Below, piece by piece: positions 52,491 through 59,282 of a stretch of 64,000 nucleotides of DNA. Both the position numbers and the translations under genes were made by a program. The stretch's first letter is position 1. Every line of letters begins with the position of its first letter. The DNA is from a virus, in IMG/VR virus record IMGVR_UViG_3300035171_000016, positions 1-64,000 of that record. One strand, 5' to 3'. The notes under the pieces were generated by a model, which saw only the letters and a program-made list of their open reading frames with translations, searched no databases and was not told where the DNA came from.

Positions 52491-52889
52491 AGCTTTGTGT
52501 GGACAGGTTCCGCCGTTAATTTGCCTACCACAATTACAATTAAAGCATAAAATTCGATAACCGGATGGAAAATTATTTCTAATGATATTAATTAATATAT
52601 TTCTAGAGCCGTTAAATTTTTTTCTTTCTTTGTTTCCGTTATTATTAATATGGTCAACCGTAAGAAATTGATAAGTATCTTCCCCGCAGCATTCACATTT
52701 ATTGCCATAGTGTTCTATTACAGTTTTTCTTATTTTGTTGCAATATCTTTTTGAATTTTCTTTGTAATTGGGGTCTGATTTTGAGCGACATTTCCAGCAT
52801 ACAGAGCGAAATAATGGCTCTCCATTTTCCTTATAATTTGCTATTTCCGCATCTTTTTCTTTACATATTTTACATTTTGGTCTATTCAT
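52476..52889 (-). CDS. HNH endonuclease inserted in the tRNA array
   Basis: CECCGE....LTVDHINNNG...LCFNCN; the stop overlaps the 5' end of tRNA-Gln. Confidence 0.78.
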   Translation of the reverse strand: MNRPKCKICKEKDAEIANYKENGEPLFRSVCWKCRSKSDPNYKENSKRYCNKIRKTVIEHYGNKCECCGEDTYQFLTVDHINNNGNKERKKFNGSRNILINIIRNNFPSGYRILCFNCNCGRQINGGTCPHKARPIV

Positions 52890-52956
52890 AATGGTATTTA
52901 CACTAAATCCATACCACTTTATAAAATATTAAAAAATGATTGTATATATCTATTAT

Positions 52957-53286
52957 TTACACCTTTAATAATGGAAATTTCTTAAAAATATCAGGCCAAT
53001 CTACCCTAGGGCAAAAGACTAATGCAATTTCTTGATTATCTAGGCCGGATTCGGTAACAATAATATACTCACTGCCATTATCATTCTCGAAATTCTTTAA
53101 ATATTCAAATTCATCATCTGATACCTCTACCACAACCTTCCTAAATGAATTATTAATCCATTCTTGATAAGATGCTCTGGCCGCGAACTTTAAATGCGCC
53201 ATAAGCACCCCATGAGCCGCCCCAAGGACTTTATGGCTTGGTATTGACTGTTTAATACAGATATACATTTTTGAGTAACTATTCAT
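52957..53286 (-). CDS. peptidyl-tRNA hydrolase, Pth2-like
   Basis: KMYICIK...AAHG...W....RKVVVEV...IALVFCPR...LL; start corrected to avoid tRNA-Glu. Confidence 0.7.
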   Translation of the reverse strand: MNSYSKMYICIKQSIPSHKVLGAAHGVLMAHLKFAARASYQEWINNSFRKVVVEVSDDEFEYLKNFENDNGSEYIIVTESGLDNQEIALVFCPRVDWPDIFKKFPLLKV

Positions 53287-53305
53287 AATTATATTGTTTA
53301 GAAAT

Positions 53306-53384
53306 TGGTATTCGTGTGGAGACTCGCACTCCATAGATATTCTGGGTGAAAACCAGACCGCTCGACGACTTTGCGCTCACGAAC
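53306..53384 (-). tRNA. tRNA-Glu(TTC)
   Basis: TCTGG-TTTTCAC-CCAGA. Confidence 0.82.
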
Positions 53385-53394
53385 ATTAAATTAT

Positions 53395-53682
53395 TTATTG
53401 TAATAAATGCTTATATGAATTTGTCATATCTTTTAAAATACTATTTAATTCATAATTTGTAATACTATTAAAATCTAAATTTTGTGTTTTTATTTCATAT
53501 AACCTTCCACTTGCATATCCTAATTCGGTGGCAGAAATTATTGCCTCAAAATACGTTTTTCTTTCTGCTTTAAGGGCGGCGGATAAATCATAATTATCTT
53601 TATCTCTATCTCTATCTCTATCTTCTCCACAGCCAACGGTTAATATTAAAGTAGTTAAGGCTATTATTAAGTTTAGTTTCAT
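53395..53682 (-). CDS. putative lipoprotein
   Basis: MKLNLIIALTTLILTVGC lipobox. Confidence 0.6.
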   Translation of the reverse strand: MKLNLIIALTTLILTVGCGEDRDRDRDKDNYDLSAALKAERKTYFEAIISATELGYASGRLYEIKTQNLDFNSITNYELNSILKDMTNSYKHLLQ

Positions 53683-54560
53683 AGTTTTTTATTTTATTTT
53701 TTAGAAGTTTTAATATTGTATTTTTTAACTACTTGTGTTGTTTTGTAATTTATACTACAATCTTTTATATAGTTTTCAATCCATAATTCGGCCTCTACTA
53801 AAGAAATCTTAGACGCCACGCATTTACCTATATGATTAATAGATGGTTCTGAAAAATTTTTCCATATAAAGAAATCTCTAAATTGAGGAACATAATAATT
53901 ACCATCTTTGATTATTCGTAATTTCATAGTTTTTTAATTTCATCTATTACCGTTCCGTATATTTTATATACTTTTTTACCATTTTGAGAAATTGATTCTA
54001 ATTCTCGGTTTTCTTTAAGTAATTTTAATATCTTAAATTTCATTGCATCTTGACCGTCAGAAAAACCATCGCGCCAAGATTCTTCTATGTCTTGTTTATG
54101 AATATCCATATTTAAAGTTTATTGATTTTTTTTATTACCGTTTTTAGTTGTGGATAGTCAAACTTCCATTTTTCACAAAAATATTTTAAAGATTCATAAT
54201 TTTTATTTCTTAAATCATAAAAAGGAGAATTAACGCTATTACCTTTATGCTGTTCATACTGGCTATCCGCCTTCTGATATGCAGACATTAAAGCATTACA
54301 TTCTTTTTTATTTAAATTCATATTTATTTAAATTCATATTTATAATTTAATTCCATCAAAATCAACAGAATTCAATTCAAACTCTTCTGGATTAGATTTA
54401 CATTCTTTCGCCTTTTCAAAGGCTAGTTTTTCTAAATCTTCTATAGTTAATTCAACTCTGCAAGTATCGCAGCCAGTCCAGTTTTTTCGCTTCATCCATA
54501 CTGTAGTTTTAATTGTCATAGTTTTATGATAATATAAAAAATTATAAAAGTCAATAAAAA

Positions 54561-54636
54561 TGGTAGCCTATGTTGGCTCTGCCCCAACCACCTTTCCCTT
54601 ATCAAGAGATTGCTCTGCTAAATGAGCTAATAGGCC
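54561..54636 (-). tRNA. tRNA-Ile(GAT)
   Basis: TCTC-TTGATAA-GGGA. Confidence 0.82.
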
Positions 54637-54643
54637 ATTAAAT

Positions 54644-54717
54644 TGGTATTCCTAAACGGTTATGCTCCGTTTTCTTGGATTTGAGAAACCCACGAGATAC
54701 TATTACTCCATAGGAAC
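54644..54717 (-). tRNA. tRNA-Glu(CTC)
   Basis: TGGGT-TTCTCAA-ATCCA. Confidence 0.8.
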
Positions 54718-54724
54718 ATTAAAT

Positions 54725-54803
54725 TGGTGCGTTCGGAGGCTTGGGATTCCTCGTTCAGTCGCTTAAAAGGCGATGTTTCTTAACCCATTTGAATTACGAA
54801 CGC
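54725..54803 (-). tRNA. tRNA-Lys(TTT)
   Basis: TCGC-CTTTTAA-GCGA. Confidence 0.82.
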
Positions 54804-54881
54804 ATAAAATTAATTATCCGATATTTTTATTCGCCTCGGGGACGCCGAAAGGCAATTACGCTTTCTCGGCAGGGCGAAAAT

Positions 54882-54970
54882 TGGCTGGGGCAACAGGGAT
54901 TAAACCTGTAGGTGAGATTTCTCTCGGAAGTTTAACAAACTTCTGCGTCTATCAATTCCGCCACACCCCA
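54882..54970 (-). tRNA. tRNA-Asn(GTT) with a class II body
   Basis: GAAGT-TTGTTAA-ACTTC; variable arm GAGA-GAAA-TCTC; U1-A72; G73. Confidence 0.82.
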
Positions 54971-55053
54971 ACAAATCGTTTCTCCGCCATCCTACACAGG
55001 ATACTTTATTTTTTCTAAGCAGAAGCGATATTCTGCGCGGGTACTAAATTAAA

Positions 55054-55143
55054 TTGTTGTAAGTGTTCAATACAGTTCAGACCGGAGCAGCGGGAATAAG
55101 ATGCCGCCGCATTCTCTTCACCCTATGACCTAAGTTACAACAA
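55054..55143 (-). ncRNA. unknown structured RNA
   Basis: Closing stem TTGTTGTAA/TTACAACAA; inner GCGGCGG/CCGCTGC; motif GGTCATAGGGTG. Confidence 0.5.
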
Positions 55144-55145
55144 AA

Positions 55146-55220
55146 TGGAGCACTTGGAGAATTTTGAAATCTCGACGTTCACGTTGGAAGCGTGACACTC
55201 TGCCTCTGAGTTACAAGTGC
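55146..55220 (-). tRNA. tRNA-Gly(TCC)
   Basis: TCACG-CTTCCAA-CGTGA; U73. Confidence 0.87.
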
Positions 55221-55227
55221 ATTAAAT

Positions 55228-55318
55228 TGGGTGCAGAAAGTGGAGTTAAACCACACATAGCGAAAGTTAATTCGCCTGCCTTATGAGGGCAGTTAGCGTC
55301 TCGCGGCTTGTTTCTGCA
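55228..55318 (-). tRNA. tRNA(CAT) with long variable arm, possible 8/4 fold
   Basis: CTGCC-CTCATAA-GGCAG; GCGAA/TTCGC variable arm; TGCAGAAA/TTTCTGCA. Confidence 0.75.
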
Positions 55319-55330
55319 ATTCTAATGAAA

Positions 55331-55415
55331 TGGTCGGGATTGGGGCGTTCGCATCCCCACGGATTTCTCACCAGTTCCCAAAACTGGCCCGGAACTACTT
55401 ACGGTCTAAATCCCG
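55331..55415 (-). tRNA. tRNA-Pro(TGG)
   Basis: CGGGATT/AATCCCG; CCAGT-TTTGGGA-ACTGG. Confidence 0.82.
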
Positions 55416-55690
55416 ATAAAATATTACTTTAAAACTTTTTCAAAATGCGGCCATTCATAATCTCCTTCTGGCCAAGGAGTTCTTTCTATTCCTAGATTTT
55501 CATTTAATTTTATCTTTCCGATAAAACAATTAACGTGTTTTGCGGCCTTTCTAGCTTTTGCGATACTATCAAAAATACCAACAAACTCCCATTCTAATTC
55601 TTTATTGATAATATCAGGAACATATCCTACTAAATATAATTGTTTCATAGTTTTATGATAATACTAAAATTTTGCTTTGTCAACTAAAAT

Positions 55691-55768
55691 TGGAAGCCAG
55701 CCGCAGTAACGCTCTGCGTAAACAAGAATTTTGCAGATTCCGGGGTTAATCTTACTCCCTCGCTGGCT
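55691..55768 (-). tRNA. tRNA-Cys(GCA)
   Basis: GGAAT-CTGCAAA-ATTCT; U73. Confidence 0.8.
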
Positions 55769-55943
55769 ATTTAAAGCTTAAATCGTAGAACCAACAAATA
55801 AAGCCAAACCAATTGGAATCCATAATAGATGTCCAACACTGAATGCGGCCAAGACAAAACAAACAATTGCACCGATTTTAAGTAGTATTTTATAATCCAT
55901 ACCTTATTATATACTTTTATCTCAAAAATTACTATTAAGTTTT

Positions 55944-56246
55944 CTACTTACTGTTTTTAAAAAATGCTTTTATAAAACCAAAAATAAAAATAGCCATGAA
56001 CAAAACTATTAACATTTTTAATGGAAAAGCTATAAATATATCAAATATAGAACAGTTACTTCCAAAACCAAAGGTATTCCATAAAAAGCTACCAATATAA
56101 TAAAACGAAACAACAATACCAGAAAATAAACACAATCCAATTATAATTTTTAATGGAGCTATTAATAATTCAGTCCCTCCACTAGATTCATTTATTAGTT
56201 TTATAGCCTTGTCTTGCTGAAACTTATTTTGTGGTACAAATATCAT
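55944..56246 (-). CDS. membrane protein
   Basis: Two hydrophobic segments. Confidence 0.55.
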   Translation of the reverse strand: MIFVPQNKFQQDKAIKLINESSGGTELLIAPLKIIIGLCLFSGIVVSFYYIGSFLWNTFGFGSNCSIFDIFIAFPLKMLIVLFMAIFIFGFIKAFFKNSK

Positions 56247-57119
56247 ATATTATTTTTTAATTTTTAAATTCATAGGAAATGCTGGAACTGAACTTGGCCA
56301 ATTATTCATTATAGAATCGCTAAAAATATTTCTCATACTAAAGCTATCCGGCAAACTTCTGTAACACGTTTGCATATTTTTCATCCATTGGTCAATTTTA
56401 CAATCAAAATAAAAATCAAAATATAATTGAGATTCTTTCATTTAATCTCTCCGGTATAAACAATTTTTCTTTGCTTTTTGTTCTTAGAAAATAACCTATC
56501 CGACATATAATCAAGACTATTTTGTATAGTATTAAAATAAACTTTATATCCATCTTCTGTAAAGAAAGATTGAAAATAAGAATCAATTTTACACTGTGGA
56601 TAAAAATGATTTTCGTCTTGCAATACTCTAATCTTGTATTTTTTCATTTTTGGTTACTCTTACTGATTTTTTTAGCTTTAACAACTCTTACTTGATTATT
56701 TACCATTACTCTACCTACATTTTGGCCATCCATAGATACAGTATAATATCTATTGTCCGGCAAGTCAAGAGCCTTCCTTACTTTTTCATCGGCAGCTAAT
56801 GGATTTAAACAGTATTCTTTAAATAGGTCTGGCGGCATTTGTTTCATATTATCTAGTATCTTGTAATGGAATTATCTCAGTAATTTTAATAGCAACTTTA
56901 TTTTTAATTAATTTATCTGCTATTTTCTTTGTAAAATAAAATTCTACACCAGCCTTTACAAGTCGCCTTCCACTTTCACCTAATAAGCCGGTAAGAAAAA
57001 TAGCTTCGGGGTCAATGATTTTAATCCTAACTGCATCTGGAACATAAGCTAGTTCTTTTAATAACTCTGGAACCACCATGAATTGTAGTTTAATTTTTTT
57101 CATAAGATTTTATTTAAAA

Positions 57120-57214
57120 TGGCGGATAGTGCATCGAATCGAACGCGCACCGGCCTTTCGGCGCGGTCAACTTTTCAAGAGTTGTGGGGCAAACCAATAT
57201 CCCACCTACTATCC
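57120..57214 (-). tRNA. tRNA-Ser(TGA)
   Basis: CAACT-CTTGAAA-AGTTG; long variable arm; G73. Confidence 0.85.
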
Positions 57215-57316
57215 ATAAAATTTATTTAGATTATAATTTCTTAGACAATAGACTAAGTATGTTTTCTTACATCAAAAGACTTTTCAAAGTATTTAGTCTT
57301 TTATAATTTCTAAAAA

Positions 57317-57393
57317 TGGCGGGACTAGCCGGAATCGAACCGAGCTTTCTTACCGTGACAGGGTAAGCGATGAAACCACTCTCTTTTAATCCC
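57317..57393 (-). tRNA. tRNA-Asp(GTC)
   Basis: TTACC-CTGTCAC-GGTAA; G73. Confidence 0.87.
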
Positions 57394-57403
57394 ATAAATT
57401 GAA

Positions 57404-57571
57404 TTACCAATAAACTTTATTACCAATCCGAGTCTTGTCGGTATTGGCAAAGCGTTCTATTAGGCGAGCGCATCCTATTCAATTCTATCGGCAGAATAAA
57501 CTGCTTACAATGATATTGAATTAAGTCCTATATAATATATGAGAACTATTTAATTATGGTGTTATTGGTAA
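57404..57571 (-). ncRNA. unknown multibranched RNA (about 170 nt)
   Basis: 10-bp closing stem TTACCAATAA/TTATTGGTAA with internal hairpins. Confidence 0.5.
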
Positions 57572-57573
57572 AA

Positions 57574-57657
57574 TGGTCGCCCTGACAGGACTTCAACCTG
57601 CAAAACCACCCGTTCTAAGCGGGCAAGCTGTGGCGTTCGCTACAAGGTCACAGGGCG
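57574..57657 (-). tRNA. tRNA-Leu(TAG), atypical
   Basis: GCCCG-CTTAGAA-CGGGT; short variable loop; extended D region. Confidence 0.8.
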
Positions 57658-57661
57658 GAAA

Positions 57662-57746
57662 TGGTCGCATCGCGGAGACTTCAACTCCGAAAACTCTACG
57701 TTTTGAATGTAGTGGCTGTAGCAATTCGCGCTTATGTCACGATGCG
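57662..57746 (-). tRNA. tRNA-Leu(CAA), atypical
   Basis: CTACA-TTCAAAA-CGTAG; short variable loop; extended D region. Confidence 0.78.
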
Positions 57747-57750
57747 GAAA

Positions 57751-57829
57751 TGGTATCCCATAGAAGCTGGCGACTTCTGACCAATCCCTTATAAAGAGAA
57801 CGCTCTTGAGCCATGTGAGCTAATGGGAT
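57751..57829 (-). tRNA. tRNA-Ile(TAT)
   Basis: TCTC-TTTATAA-GGGA. Confidence 0.78.
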
Positions 57830-57834
57830 ATAAA

Positions 57835-57911
57835 TGGTGCATCATAAAAGAGTTAAACTTTTATCTAACTGGTTCGTATCCAGTTGCTTTATTCAATTAA
57901 GCTAATGATGC
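57835..57911 (-). tRNA. tRNA-Arg(ACG)
   Basis: ACTGG-ATACGAA-CCAGT. Confidence 0.82.
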
Positions 57912-58089
57912 GTTAAATTTAATTTATAATAAACCTTTTATTTTTTCTATCAAACTACACTTACATTCTTTCTTGCTCTTTCGGCAATATCTACAAAAAA
58001 ATTCTCGTACATATTCACAGTCGGAACACCAACCGTGGCAACATTTACTGTTTCTTTGTCCTATATCTAATTTATATTTTTTCATTAAA

Positions 58090-58165
58090 TGGTCAGGTGG
58101 CCGGGTGTCGAGCCCGGTTAGCAAGTTTCACACACTTGGAGATTAGCCGTTATCCTACGCACCTG
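58090..58165 (-). tRNA. tRNA-His(GTG), lacking G-1/C73
   Basis: CAAGT-GTGTGAA-ACTTG; A73. Confidence 0.75.
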
Positions 58166-58175
58166 TTAAAATAAC

Positions 58176-58240
58176 AATCGGTATGCTTCCATTACACTAA
58201 GGTTTCGCTCCTATTTGGACTTGAACCAATACCTCCGATT
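58176..58240 (-). ncRNA. circularly permuted mini tRNA-like RNA (T arm, closed acceptor, D arm)
   Basis: AATCGG...TTGG-TTCAAGT-CCAA...AGG-AGCGAAA-CCT...GTGTAATGGAAGCAT...CCGATT. Confidence 0.6.
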
Positions 58241-58244
58241 TAGA

Positions 58245-58333
58245 TGGTGGCGCGGTGAAAGTAACGCTCTTTTTGCTTAACTTCTCAACTATTTTAGCAA
58301 AGGTTTTACAGACCCTCGTTGAGGACACCGGCC
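58245..58333 (-). tRNA. tRNA-Tyr(GTA), lacking a D arm, long variable arm
   Basis: AGGGT-CTGTAAA-ACCTT; A73-CCA. Confidence 0.72.
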
Positions 58334-58334
58334 A

Positions 58335-58556
58335 TTAAATTTTACTTATAAATCTTTTATTAAAATATAAATTATCTTTTTTTAATTTAATAAACTCTTC
58401 AATTTTATTTGCAAGATTAACTAGTTTATCATCTTTAAGATATTTGAAACATCCGTTTTTAATTAAGACTCCTATAATATCTTCTCCTTCTTGTGCTGAT
58501 AGGTTATCAAAAATAAGACCTATTGATATTTGTTCGTTTTTTGTTAGTTGTTTCAT
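58335..58556 (-). CDS. hypothetical protein
   Basis: Start corrected to MKQLTK because the longer ORF runs through tRNA genes. Confidence 0.55.
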   Translation of the reverse strand: MKQLTKNEQISIGLIFDNLSAQEGEDIIGVLIKNGCFKYLKDDKLVNLANKIEEFIKLKKDNLYFNKRFISKI

Positions 58557-58559
58557 AAA

Positions 58560-58637
58560 TGGTGGAGAATTTGGGATTCTAACCCAACTGGATTCGCATT
58601 GCAAGTGCGACGACCACAACAAGCAGTCCCATTCCCC
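58560..58637 (-). tRNA. tRNA-Ala(TGC)
   Basis: TCGCA-CTTGCAA-TGCGA; G3-U70. Confidence 0.88.
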
Positions 58638-58750
58638 GTAAATTAAAAACCGCAATAGAAAGATTTTAGTTATACTCATAAATGAGTCGCGGTTAAATTT
58701 TGCTCCGAGGGCCGCGTGAATACGTCTATTCAGCCTAGGGAGCGGTAAGA

Positions 58751-58827
58751 TGGCACAACGAATGGGAGTCGAACCCATCTATTACCGTTTTGGAGGCGGC
58801 GGCTTCACTCAACTTAGCTATCGTTGT
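58751..58827 (-). tRNA. tRNA-Trp(CCA)
   Basis: Loop CTCCAAA; ATGGG-TTCGACT-CCCAT; G73. Confidence 0.85.
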
Positions 58828-58834
58828 ATTAAAT

Positions 58835-58908
58835 TGGAGCATCATAACGGTATTGAACCATTTTATCTAACTTGGCAAGCTAGGGCATTACATTTATGCT
58901 AATGATGC
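58835..58908 (-). tRNA. tRNA-Gly(GCC)
   Basis: CTAGC-TTGCCAA-GTTAG; U73. Confidence 0.85.
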
Positions 58909-58911
58909 GAT

Positions 58912-59062
58912 AACTGCTTTCGCAGCCGCCATATTATCTCCGCGATAAGCTCGGAGTCCGGGTTCTGCTTTCGCATAACACCCTATGACCGATTAGTGAT
59001 TTTTTATACCATATCACCGGATTTTACTTACCGGAGGCTCACTGTTTGAGTTCTAAGCCTTA
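58912..59062 (-). ncRNA. structured RNA preceding the first tRNA of the array
   Basis: Two TGC-GAAA-GCA GNRA hairpins; CCGG/CCGG, GTGAT/ATCAC and CTCCG/CGGAG stems; motif GGTCATAGGGTG. Confidence 0.55.
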
Positions 59063-59078
59063 AATTCTTACTTTCTAT

Positions 59079-59107
59079 ACTCTAATACCTAAAATCTGTT
59101 TTGTCAA
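59079..59107 (-). promoter_or_regulatory. sigma70-like promoter immediately downstream of the terminator
   Basis: TTGACA-N17-TAGAGT. Confidence 0.6.
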
Positions 59108-59109
59108 AT

Positions 59110-59140
59110 AAAAAACCACCGAATCTTTTTTCGGTGGCTT
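59110..59140 (-). terminator. intrinsic terminator (attenuator)
   Basis: AAGCCACCGAA-AAAAGA-TTCGGTGG-TTTTTT. Confidence 0.88.
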
Positions 59141-59165
59141 CCAAATTTTCTTTTATTTCTCTATT

Positions 59166-59173
59166 AAGCCACC
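59166..59173 (-). promoter_or_regulatory. antiterminator strand
   Basis: GGTGGCTT, 1 nt after the leader stop, is perfectly complementary to the terminator 5' arm AAGCCACC (59133-59140). Confidence 0.78.
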
Positions 59174-59174
59174 A

Positions 59175-59282
59175 TTACACTTTTTTATCTCCCGTCCAAT
59201 TGCGTTGAATATAATGCGACGGAGAAGTACCTTTTATGAGGCATTCTCTAAACATCGCTAAACTGGTCATATCAACTGTCAT
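59175..59282 (-). CDS. leader peptide containing all 20 amino acids
   Basis: MTVDMTSLAMFRECLIKGTSPSHYIQRNWTGDKKV*; 30 distinct codons in 35; below the ORF-track size cutoff. Confidence 0.8.
   Translation of the reverse strand: MTVDMTSLAMFRECLIKGTSPSHYIQRNWTGDKKV

Noticed and set aside
53598-53625. (TCTCTA)n repeat
   Set aside because: In-frame hexamer coding DRDRDRD in a lipoprotein linker; it does not shift frame.
54310-54343. Short tandem duplication TTTAAATTCATATTTA
   Set aside because: AT-rich local duplication at a gene start with no evident function.
54773-58778. ORFs 54773-55018, 57573-57794, 58444-58641 and the N-terminal part of 58335-58778
   Set aside because: They run through or antisense to tRNA genes.
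58912-59062. Second RNase P RNA (CAGAACCCGG resembles CR-V)
   Set aside because: No GAGGAAAG CR-I, no P1/P2, and too short; the segment pairs locally instead.
59175-59180. GTGTAA formed by the leader's Val-stop codons as a separate promoter
   Set aside because: No start codon follows before the terminator; treated as coincidental, though TSS mapping should check it.
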